Below are positions 41,097 through 49,541 of a DNA stretch of 64,000 nt, piece after piece (position 1 is the stretch's first letter; each line of letters opens with the position of its first letter). The DNA is from a bacterium (GTDB taxonomy: Bacteria; Hinthialibacterota; Hinthialibacteria; Hinthialibacterales; Hinthialibacteraceae), in assembly GCA_963662285.2 (NCBI GenBank), contig CAXXMV010000008.1, positions 544,001 through 608,000 on the forward strand, in the 5' to 3' direction. The position numbers were made by a program, and so were the translations under genes. The notes beneath the pieces are model-generated. The model did not search any database, was not told where the DNA came from, and worked only from the letters and a program-made list of their open reading frames with translations.

Positions 41097-41462
41097 TTAT
41101 CTTTTTATGACTAATCCGCTTTGCAAATCCTCTGGGCGAAGCGGATTTTGGTATTCTTTGCCACTCTTCTTTGATGGAGTGAAGGATAAAACCGAGTCAT
41201 CAAAAGGTTTTGCCTCTGGTTTTGAAGTGAGGCTTTTTTTAAGACCAGCAGAATCTTTTATAGCCGTATCTGTCTGTTTTTCAATGGTTTTTATAAATGT
41301 TGCCCGTGTCTTAATTGATGAACAGAAGAATTGAAACAGTGATCTTGAAATACATTTTTCAAAATCAAAAGTCTTTCGGATAATATCGGCCATTTTGTCG
41401 ATGCAGAAATCCAGGGTGGCTATAATTTTGGCGTTTAATTGGTTTGACATTACAGCGTCCAT
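41097..41462 (-). CDS. Hypothetical 121-aa protein behind a sigma54-type promoter
   Basis: AAGGAG RBS before ATG 41462 (MDAVMSNQLNAK...); the longer ORF-track start runs through promoter sequence. Confidence 0.55.
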   Translation of the reverse strand: MDAVMSNQLNAKIIATLDFCIDKMADIIRKTFDFEKCISRSLFQFFCSSIKTRATFIKTIEKQTDTAIKDSAGLKKSLTSKPEAKPFDDSVLSFTPSKKSGKEYQNPLRPEDLQSGLVIKR

Positions 41463-42210
41463 GATATTTCTCCTTAGTTTAATTGGATGATACGTTAATA
41501 GGCAAGAATTGTGCCATAAAGTGAACGTTTGTTTAGTCGGGAGTAGTTTATTTTCGCTGGTGGATTTTTGGTGGATTAGTGAGATTGATCTTACACATAG
41601 GTTCTCCTTGGCGCCCGGCATTGGTGATTTATTAAATCATTAGTGGCTTTCAAGGGTAGAAAGGACACTACCCTTGGCACCCGCTAGAATCTTGGCGTTT
41701 AATTGGTTTGACATTACAGCATCCATGATATTTCTCCTTAGTTTAATTGGATGATACGTTAGTAGGCAAGAATTGTGCCATACAGTGAACGTTTGTTTAT
41801 CCGGGAGTAGTTTATTTTCGCTGGTGGATTTTTGGTGGATTAGTGAGATTGATCTTACACATAGGTTCTCCTTGGCGCCCGGCATTGGTGATTTATTAAA
41901 TCATTAGTGGCTTTCAAGGGTAGAAAAGACACTACCCTTGGCACCCGCTAGAATCTTGGCGTTTAATTGGTTTGACATTACAGCATCCATGATATTTCTC
42001 CTTAGTTTAATTGGATGATACGTTAGTAGGCAAGAATTGCGCCATACAGTGAACGTTTGTTTATCCGGGAGTAGTTTATTTTCGCTGGTGGATTTTTGGT
42101 GGATTAGTGAGATTGATCTTACACATAGGTTCTCCTTGGCGCCCGGCATTGGTGATTTATTAAATCATTAGTGGCTTTCAAGGGTAGAAAGGACACTACC
42201 CTTGGCACCC
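41419..42210. repeat. Tandem triplication of a 264-bp unit (REP family B + sigma54 promoter + RBS + first ~14 codons)
   Basis: Units 41419-41682, 41683-41946 and 41947-42210, with a few SNPs between copies. Confidence 0.92.
41502..41516 (-). promoter_or_regulatory. sigma54 (-24/-12) promoter; copies at 41766-41780 and 42030-42044
   Basis: Minus strand TGGCAC-AATTC-TTGC matches TGGCAC-N5-TTGC, ~40 nt upstream of the ATG. Confidence 0.7.
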
Positions 42211-42452
42211 GCCAACTGCCTACTATCACCCAACCGGCTAGAAGCCGATGCTCCCCTGGATCGACGGTTATTCATTTTTCGGCACGACATTGACTACCCA
42301 CTCCCCACTACCTACTATCACCCAACTGGATAGAAGCCGATGCTCCCCACTCCACACTATCCCCCACCCTTGGTCTATGACGATTAATGTGTTTATATAA
42401 TTAATCTGTTTATACTATCAGTTATCCGGTAATTATTGGTCTGGAGGTTTTA

Positions 42453-43637
42453 ATGAGAAAAAACTATGTGATCGATACCAGCGTGCTGCTGGATAATCCA
42501 AAATGTATTGATATCTTATTTGACAACGATGAAAACAATATCCACTTGCCTTATACCGTAGTGCGGGAATTAGATGGACTGAAGAAAGATAAACGCCTGG
42601 CGCCGATTGTTTCGATAGTAATAGACGAAATAGAAGAGCACGAGTACATCAATCTAATCGGTTCTAAAAAAAATGGCGCGGCCAGCGGCGATCTGCAAAT
42701 TATTGAAGATATTAAAATATCCAATATCTCCGATCCAATTATCGTGACCAACGACAAGCTGTTTCGCGTCTTATGCAAATTTCATGATATAAAAAGCGAA
42801 CCTTTTGGCGATTCCATCCCCTACCAGTCAGAGTCGCAACTTCGCACCGGATTCATTGATGACTCAAACGGATTTATAAATAATTCTTTCAGTTGGGATA
42901 AAGGTAAACCGGTTTTCCACATATCTCCTAATGAAAGCCGCGTGATAGACTATGAACACAAGGTTTGGAATGTTAAACCACTCAACGTATATCAAAATTT
43001 AGCCTTTGAATTGATGCTAAGCGAACATATAGACCTGGTTACAATTCAATCCAAAGCGGGATACGGTAAATCCTATCTTTCTCTAGCCGCGGCCATGCAG
43101 GGAGTTATCCAGGAAAAACGCTATGAGAAGATATATCTGGTTAAACCGACTATCGAAGTAGGCGAGAGCCTCGGTTTTCTTCCAGGAGACATAGAAGATA
43201 AAGTCGATCCCTATGTGCGTTATCTTCGCAGTTTAATATTTAAGCTGCACCAACAGCGCGGCAGCAAATGCAGCCGGGTCTTTACTGATGATTCCACCCC
43301 CCAGAAACTCAAACTAAATCCCGAGTTCTTCGAAATCCTGCCCATCGCTTATATTAGGGGTATGAATATTGAAAAGGCGTTCGTGATCGTCGATGAAACG
43401 CAAAACCTTTCCCGCGTTGAAGTCCGAAGCCTGCTAACCCGTATGAGTCATGGAACCAAATGCGTATGCCTGGGAGACGTCGAACAGATCGATAACCGCT
43501 ATCTCAACAAGTTCAACAATGGTCTAAATTGGATCGTTAAAACCTGTATGGGAGAATCTAATTACGGTCACATCGTCCTAAAAGGCGAGCGCAGCCGCGG
43601 CCCCATCTGTGATCTTGTAATCCGTAATGGATTATAG
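42453..43637 (+). CDS. PIN-domain PhoH-family ATPase (PhoH2/YlaK-like)
   Basis: YVIDTSVLL, VVRELDGLK, VTND (PIN); SKAGYGKS, LGFLPG, YIRGMN, VDETQN, GDVEQID (PhoH). Confidence 0.9.
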   Translation: MRKNYVIDTSVLLDNPKCIDILFDNDENNIHLPYTVVRELDGLKKDKRLAPIVSIVIDEIEEHEYINLIGSKKNGAASGDLQIIEDIKISNISDPIIVTNDKLFRVLCKFHDIKSEPFGDSIPYQSESQLRTGFIDDSNGFINNSFSWDKGKPVFHISPNESRVIDYEHKVWNVKPLNVYQNLAFELMLSEHIDLVTIQSKAGYGKSYLSLAAAMQGVIQEKRYEKIYLVKPTIEVGESLGFLPGDIEDKVDPYVRYLRSLIFKLHQQRGSKCSRVFTDDSTPQKLKLNPEFFEILPIAYIRGMNIEKAFVIVDETQNLSRVEVRSLLTRMSHGTKCVCLGDVEQIDNRYLNKFNNGLNWIVKTCMGESNYGHIVLKGERSRGPICDLVIRNGL

Positions 43638-43650
43638 ATTAAGAGCAAAG

Positions 43651-43860
43651 ATGGCCGATCAAATCGACAACCTGGCCACGCTTGATATTTTTCACCCGGA
43701 AAAGCAGAAGCGGAAAATCCACGAAATTGAGGAAGATTTTTTGCTTTTGTATGAGCTGGTTGCAAAGACGTTTTGTACTGAGTTGCAGGAGAAATATGCG
43801 CGGATGTGGGTGGAATTGATTGAGGTATTGGAGACTCGGAATAAAAAAGCCTTCATCTAG
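43651..43860 (+). CDS. Small hypothetical protein
   Basis: 69-aa helical ORF starting 14 nt after PhoH; weak RBS. Confidence 0.35.
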   Translation: MADQIDNLATLDIFHPEKQKRKIHEIEEDFLLLYELVAKTFCTELQEKYARMWVELIEVLETRNKKAFI

Positions 43861-43964
43861 GATCGGAGGAAAGTGGAGATTTCCTAGTTCCCATTTTCAC
43901 ACGAATGTGCGCAGTACCCTTAACAGGGCCTTTTCCAGCGTTTTGCATGCATATTAAAACCCGC

Positions 43965-43993
43965 TTGATTTGTACGTCAAACTGACGTACAAT
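43965..43993 (+). promoter_or_regulatory. Promoter with overlapping operator palindrome of the DUF1778-GNAT module
   Basis: TTGATT-N17-TACAAT overlapped by the perfect IR TTGTACGTCA-AAC-TGACGTACAA (43970-43992). Confidence 0.8.
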
Positions 43994-44029
43994 TTAAGGA
44001 CTGCAATTTATTAATGAGGAGGTATCTTC

Positions 44030-44314
44030 ATGGTCGCCAAAAATCAGAGATTGGAGGCGCGGGTCACGGAGACGCAAAAAGACCTATTTCAACGCGCTGC
44101 TGCTATCCAGGGGGTTTCCCTAAGCGATTTCATCATCATGAATTTGCAGGAACGCGCCGCCCAGGTAGTTAAGGATCATGATGTGATTGTGCTAAGCGCT
44201 AAAGACCGGTCAGTTTTCGTTGACGCCTTACTGAATCCGCCGAAGCCAAACAAGAAATTGCGTGAAGCATTACAAGAGCACCGTAAGGTTCTAGGCCAGG
44301 TAGTCGAACCTTGA
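44030..44314 (+). CDS. DUF1778 ribbon-helix-helix antitoxin (TacA/AtaR-like)
   Basis: RLEARVT...FQRAAAIQGVSLSDFI...FVDALLNPPKPN. Confidence 0.9.
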   Translation: MVAKNQRLEARVTETQKDLFQRAAAIQGVSLSDFIIMNLQERAAQVVKDHDVIVLSAKDRSVFVDALLNPPKPNKKLREALQEHRKVLGQVVEP

Positions 44315-44838
44315 TAAATTCGCAATATATAGTAGAAATTCTTGCCAAGCATCATGACCGGAACTCATTTTCCTGCGGGACTGAACCGCTTGACTATTAC
44401 TTGAAAAAACAAGCAGGTCAGGAAGCCCGGAAACGCGTGGCAGTAACGTATGTGCTTATCGACCGCGAGAATGAAAGTCGCATTGCCGGTTATTACACAT
44501 TGTCATCAACCAGCATTATTCATGGAAACCTCCCGGAAGATGTTGTCAAAAAACTTCCCCGGTATGAATCCATTCCTGCGACGCTCATTGGACGATTAGC
44601 GATAGATAAGGCCTATCAGGGGCAGGGATTGGGAAAAGTTATTCTGATTGAAGCCCTTCAGCAAAGTTTGATAATCAGTCAAAGGGTGGCCTCTTTCGCT
44701 GTTGTTGTGGATGCCAAAGATATGGAAGCTGCAACGTTCTACAAGAATATTGGATTTATTCCATTTCCTTCAAATGCCTTCCGGTTGTTTCTACCCATGA
44801 AAACCATCGAAATGCTGTTCAAAAATAGCCGACATTAG
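44311..44838 (+). CDS. GNAT acetyltransferase toxin (TacT/AtaT-like)
   Basis: FSCG..LD.YLK, AGYYTLS, IGRLAID..YQGQGLG, VVDAKD, FY...GF; overlaps the antitoxin stop. Confidence 0.9.
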   Translation: MINSQYIVEILAKHHDRNSFSCGTEPLDYYLKKQAGQEARKRVAVTYVLIDRENESRIAGYYTLSSTSIIHGNLPEDVVKKLPRYESIPATLIGRLAIDKAYQGQGLGKVILIEALQQSLIISQRVASFAVVVDAKDMEAATFYKNIGFIPFPSNAFRLFLPMKTIEMLFKNSRH

Positions 44839-45200
44839 GATTAAATCCTACAAAGGCACGTAAATGGCCATAGGATTTTTCATATCCTCTCTCCCATTTG
44901 TTTCTGCAAATTCTTTACTTTTCTTTTAATTTTTGCGATTTCCTCTTTCGTCATGGTTACCTCTCTTGGTATTTGTCAATACTTATTGTTGAGAATGAGG
45001 AAAAATGGTTGACTATTTGGAACAGTTTCTGCAGGGGATGCGACCAGCATTTTCACGCCAAGCTATGTTTAATTATCAAAAGTCTTACTCATAATGCTTG
45101 GTTGAACTAAAGCTCATTCATATAATATGGTAGTTTATCTTAATTAACGGTTTTTTCATATTATGGATAATGACGTCATTAACGGGAAGGATGTTTAGGG

Positions 45201-46400
45201 ATGTCTGACAAAATGGAAACTCTATATCAAGAGCGGCTCAAACGGTATGTGACAGCCATGCGCAATGAAATGCCAGACCGGATTCCCATCCGGCCATTCG
45301 CGGCGGAATTTTGCGCTAAATACGCTGGCCTGACTTGCCAGCAGGTTACTCATGATATTGATCACGCTTTCGACGCAGTGTTGAAATGCACGGCGGATTT
45401 CGATTGGGATGCAGCGGTCAGCAACATGGTCTTCGTATGGACGGGCAGCGTAGACGCCATTGGTTTGAAATATTACTCTATTCCCGGCATCCACACCCCA
45501 CCCGATACATGCTTTCAATATCTTGAACCATCTGAAGAAAGCGAAGCCCACATGCTCGAAGACGAGTATGACGCGCTGATCGAAGATCCGACCGGATTTC
45601 TGGCCAATGTCTGGATGCCTCGGGTTTCCAAAGACGTCCAGCCCATAGGCGAACCATCCACCTATCGAAATAACCTATCATGGTTAAAAGGCGGCATGTC
45701 CGTTTTGCAGTATTTCCAACGCCTGGGCGCTCAGAACGAACGGATGAGAAAAGAGACCGGAACGGTATCAGCTATATCCGGATGCCTTAAAGCGCCTTTT
45801 GATATTATCGCCGATAAACTACGTGGTTTCAAACCTTTATGCATGGATTTATACATGCAGCCAGAGAAAGTGGTCGCCGCCTGCGAAGCCATGATGCCTC
45901 ATATGATGTTCAACGCCCTGGCGGGCGCCGATCCCGATAAGAATGTACCCATCACTATATGGCTGCATCGCGGATGCGTACCGTTTCTATCACCGGAGCA
46001 ATTCGCCAAATTCTATTGGCCTACCTTAAAACCGATTATTGAAGAGATTTGGAAGCAAGGTCATCAAATCCTCTTTTACGCCGAAGGCGAATGGAACCAT
46101 AACCTGAAATTCATCAAAGAACTTCCAGATCAAAGCATCATCTATCACCTGGATAAAGGCGATATTTTTGAAGTTCATAAAGAGGTGGGCCACAAGTTCT
46201 GCATCAGCGGAGGCTTGCCCAATGAACTGCTGACCTTCGGGACGGAAGATGAAGTGAAGGGATACTGCAAGAGATTGATTGATGGCGTGGCCAAAGACGG
46301 CGGCTACATCATGGATGCCGGCGCCATTATGCAGGATGATCCCAAGCCAGAAAACGTTAAAGCCATGACTGATTTCACCCGCGAATATGGGGTGTATTAG
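45201..46400 (+). CDS. UROD-family corrinoid methyltransferase (O-demethylase MT-like)
   Basis: PDRIPI, APFD...LRG, WLHRGC, FYWPTLK, YAEG, ISGG, GGYIM; clustered with a corrinoid protein gene. Confidence 0.82.
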   Translation: MSDKMETLYQERLKRYVTAMRNEMPDRIPIRPFAAEFCAKYAGLTCQQVTHDIDHAFDAVLKCTADFDWDAAVSNMVFVWTGSVDAIGLKYYSIPGIHTPPDTCFQYLEPSEESEAHMLEDEYDALIEDPTGFLANVWMPRVSKDVQPIGEPSTYRNNLSWLKGGMSVLQYFQRLGAQNERMRKETGTVSAISGCLKAPFDIIADKLRGFKPLCMDLYMQPEKVVAACEAMMPHMMFNALAGADPDKNVPITIWLHRGCVPFLSPEQFAKFYWPTLKPIIEEIWKQGHQILFYAEGEWNHNLKFIKELPDQSIIYHLDKGDIFEVHKEVGHKFCISGGLPNELLTFGTEDEVKGYCKRLIDGVAKDGGYIMDAGAIMQDDPKPENVKAMTDFTREYGVY

Positions 46401-46618
46401 GTCATTATGTTAAGGAATTTCACCCTATCGTTAGTGGTTTGATCAAGGGCTGACCGCAATGCGGTCTTGCCCTTGCCACCCATACTCTCCCGGCGGGAGA
46501 GGGGACGCTTATACTGAAGATATTGTTTATAAGTGGGTGGTTTATAAGGGCGCCCACGAGGGGCGCGCCCTACATTGGTATATGGAAATTCTCTCGAATA
46601 ATGTAAGGAGATAATATA

Positions 46619-46789
46619 ATGTCTGATCAGCAAACTCCAAAATTGAAACCCGGCGTCTGCATTCCCTGGAGTGATAAGATAAAAGAGCATCCCCCTATTC
46701 TGGGCGATGAAAAATGCGTTGAAAAGGTTTGGGAAGATATTGACACGCTGGCTTATCTATATATCTGGTTCTGTTTGATAGGTTTTTGA
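46619..46789 (+). CDS. Unannotated 56-aa small protein in the methyltransferase/corrinoid cluster
   Basis: AAGGAG-N8-ATG; MSDQQTPKLKPGVCIPWSDKIKEHPPILGDEKCVEKVWEDIDTLAYLYIWFCLIGF; below the ORF-track length cutoff. Confidence 0.7.
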   Translation: MSDQQTPKLKPGVCIPWSDKIKEHPPILGDEKCVEKVWEDIDTLAYLYIWFCLIGF

Positions 46790-46990
46790 TAGCAACTATA
46801 TAGTTAATCATGATTCTGTCGACAGCGTGAAACTTTATTAAAAATAAAGAAATTAAAAAGGGTGAACTGAATCAAGGGCAGAAAATACACTGCCCTTGGC
46901 ACCCGCTAAATTCTCCCCCAGGCTTGGGGGAGGGATGATACGTTTCAACCAGTTAATCTACAGATTATTGTTATATAAGGAGCAACAACC

Positions 46991-47632
46991 ATGTCTGAAA
47001 TGCCGCCTCTAGCCTTAGCGTTAAGTCAACTCAATATCCCCGATGCCATGTCCATTGTTAACCAGAAAATCAGCGAAGGCGTCCCTGCCCCGGATATTGT
47101 CAATGAATGCCATATTGGCATGACCGATTTGGGAAGACGTTTCGATGAAGGCGACTGCTTCGTCCCCGAACTGGTGGTGGCTGGAAAAATCATGGAAAAA
47201 ATCATGAAGCAACTAGAGCCACTGCTCGAAGGCTCTGATCCAAATAAGGATTCGGTTGGCAAAGTTGTCATGGGTACGGTGCAGAACGATGTTCATGATA
47301 TCGGTAAAGACATAGTGGTTATGATGCTGCGCGGCTCTGGTTTTGAAGTTATCGACCTGGGCGTCAATGTTCCTCCTGAGAAGTTTGTTGCAGCAATTAA
47401 AGAGAACAACCCCTCAGTAGTGGGTATGAGCGTCTTGTTGACTACCTGCTATAAATCGATCATTGATACGGTCCAGGCCATCAAAGACGCCGGGCAGCGC
47501 GACAAAATCTCCATCATGCTAGGCGGAGCGGCCGCCACTGAGATGCTGGCCGACAAAACAGGATGCGACTTTTTCGGGAAGACTGCGGTAGACGCAGTTT
47601 CTCATGCTTCACTTGTAGCGCAGTCTAACTGA
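46991..47632 (+). CDS. Cobalamin-binding corrinoid protein (methyltransferase cognate)
   Basis: Cap domain FVPEL; DVHDIGK (DxHxxG), DLGVNVPPE, MSVLLT, GGA. Confidence 0.92.
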   Translation: MSEMPPLALALSQLNIPDAMSIVNQKISEGVPAPDIVNECHIGMTDLGRRFDEGDCFVPELVVAGKIMEKIMKQLEPLLEGSDPNKDSVGKVVMGTVQNDVHDIGKDIVVMMLRGSGFEVIDLGVNVPPEKFVAAIKENNPSVVGMSVLLTTCYKSIIDTVQAIKDAGQRDKISIMLGGAAATEMLADKTGCDFFGKTAVDAVSHASLVAQSN

Positions 47633-47659
47633 TTGATCCAAAAAATCATAATTTATTAT

Positions 47660-47695
47660 GGGGAGACTTGATTTCATTCAGGTCTCCCCTTTATT
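47660..47695 (+). terminator. Probable intrinsic terminator
   Basis: GGGGAGAC...GTCTCCCC followed by TTTATT. Confidence 0.65.
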
Positions 47696-47735
47696 GTTAT
47701 AATACTCTATAAAAAATCTCGCCTCTTCATGCCTG

Positions 47736-47771
47736 TTATCAAGACAAATCCATCTAATCAATGTATCTTAG
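47736..47771 (+). promoter_or_regulatory. Conserved promoter motif TTATCAAGACAAATCC-N11-GTATCTTAG (second copy 49415-49450)
   Basis: Identical blocks and spacing upstream of two consecutive transcription units. Confidence 0.65.
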
Positions 47772-47811
47772 TAATATTTATTAAACAGTTCATTGAAAGT
47801 TGTAAATATTC

Positions 47812-49302
47812 ATGAAAAATCATTTATTCAAACTTATCGCCTTAAATATCGTAATGATCATGACTTCCCTAGGGCAATCCGGTTATTGCCGCGAAGTGGA
47901 TATGAAACCTCATTGGAATGACAAGATTCCATTGGAGAATCCTCATAAGGGATGGTATCACCATTATCCTGACAATCACATCAATAAGTATGAGATAAAA
48001 AAAGACGAGCATCTGCTCGATTTCCCCGGAATGGATCATGTGTATATCCGTCTAGCCTGGGCTTATTTGGAACCGGAGGAAGGACGGTATAACTGGGATG
48101 TAATTGATTCGATTATTAACAAATGGACTCAACACGGGCTGGGCATTGCATTCCGCATCAGCTGCAAGGAGACCAGCACTGACCTTATCGAACAGCAATT
48201 CGCCACTCCCCGATGGGTCAAAGAAGCGGGCGCTAAAGGGGATTATTACCGCCGGGGAGAAAAAGCAGGCCCGGATGGTCCATGGGAGCCGGTGTTTGAC
48301 GATCCCGTTTATCTGGAAAAACTGGAGAACTTTCTCCGGGCATTCGCCAACCGTTACGATGGCAAGCCCTGGCTGCGCTATGTGGATATTGGCAGCATCG
48401 GAGATTGGGGCGAAGGACACACCCACTCCGGCAGCCGGATCGCCTATGATTACAACCAGCGCCTTAAACATATTGATCTGCATTGCAAGTATTTCAAAAA
48501 ATCGCAATTGACCATCACAGACGATTTCGTCTATAGCGTCGATGATAAAGAAGACCAGAAGAAAATGCACCAATATGTATTGGACAAGGGCATTTCATAC
48601 CGCGATGACAGCATCCTGGTTAATGGATACTTATCAGGTTATTCAGACCAATATACAGTTCGCAGCCCGCAATTTTTTGCAGATTCTTATTTAAGATTAC
48701 CAAATGTTCTCGAACTGGAACACTACAGCATAATAAGGCGTATGGGAAACTGGTTTGGAACGCCTGATTCTAACCTGAAAAAATATGGCAAGGGAAAAAC
48801 CGGCGCCGATATGTTCAAAGGGGCGCTGAAGTTATTACACGCCTCCTACATCGGATATCATGGAGACGCCAACGACTGGTTGAGCGAAAACCGTGAACTG
48901 AGCAATGAACTGCTGAACCAATGCGGCTATTGGTATTTCCTCCACAATGTCACAATCCCTGATGCGCTCACTATTGGCCAACAAAATACAATTCAAATGC
49001 AATGGGAAAATCGCGGCGCAGCCCCGGCTTATAATCCATATTCATTAATTATCCGCCTGGAAGGTTCATCTAACCAGGAATTCACTCTGGATTCTCACAA
49101 CCAGAAATGGCGCCCTTCATTGGATGAAACATATAAAGAAGACTATTCAATTCAGATTCCCGCCTCACTTAAGACTGGAACATACAAACTGAAAATCAAA
49201 CTCTACGATAACGACGCCAAGAGAGATGTAATTCTCGCTCTTGATCCAAACCTGATGGATAAAGAGAAATTCTATTTTGTGGCGGATATTATGTTAAATT
49301 AA
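47812..49302 (+). CDS. Secreted DUF4832-type / beta-galactosidase-like glycoside hydrolase
   Basis: LENPHKGW, YIRLAWAYLEPEEGRYNW, DIGSIGDWGEGH, C-terminal Ig-like WENRGAAP. Confidence 0.7.
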   Translation: MKNHLFKLIALNIVMIMTSLGQSGYCREVDMKPHWNDKIPLENPHKGWYHHYPDNHINKYEIKKDEHLLDFPGMDHVYIRLAWAYLEPEEGRYNWDVIDSIINKWTQHGLGIAFRISCKETSTDLIEQQFATPRWVKEAGAKGDYYRRGEKAGPDGPWEPVFDDPVYLEKLENFLRAFANRYDGKPWLRYVDIGSIGDWGEGHTHSGSRIAYDYNQRLKHIDLHCKYFKKSQLTITDDFVYSVDDKEDQKKMHQYVLDKGISYRDDSILVNGYLSGYSDQYTVRSPQFFADSYLRLPNVLELEHYSIIRRMGNWFGTPDSNLKKYGKGKTGADMFKGALKLLHASYIGYHGDANDWLSENRELSNELLNQCGYWYFLHNVTIPDALTIGQQNTIQMQWENRGAAPAYNPYSLIIRLEGSSNQEFTLDSHNQKWRPSLDETYKEDYSIQIPASLKTGTYKLKIKLYDNDAKRDVILALDPNLMDKEKFYFVADIMLN

Positions 49303-49541
49303 AACGAATGACCCTTTACATCCCGGAGGGAGAGGGGACAAGGTAGCCCGACATAATAAGTTGGTCAGAATACAAGAATACTGAATCTTAAAAAATTCTT
49401 TATTTTCCTTCCGTTTATCAAGACAAATCCTCTTGAATGGGGTATCTTAGATAAACGTGTTTTTATATCTAAAGCGCTTATAAGAAGTGATATGCTTATA
49501 TAATGGCTTTGGATCAGCAAAAAGAGAATGGGGAGTCAATC

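Noticed and set aside
41640-42149. 81-aa ORF-track proteins (and the 174-aa extension at 41621) as real repeated genes, or the triplication as a CRISPR-like array
   Set aside because: These frames begin in a REP and cross the promoter; the RBS supports the internal ATG only. Whole units are duplicated without variable spacers.
44960-46990. Cobalamin riboswitch upstream of the methyltransferase/corrinoid genes
   Set aside because: No B12-box or GGGAA...GCCACTG core visible; the intergenic hairpins are REP copies and a small ORF. A cmscan run would be needed to exclude it fully.
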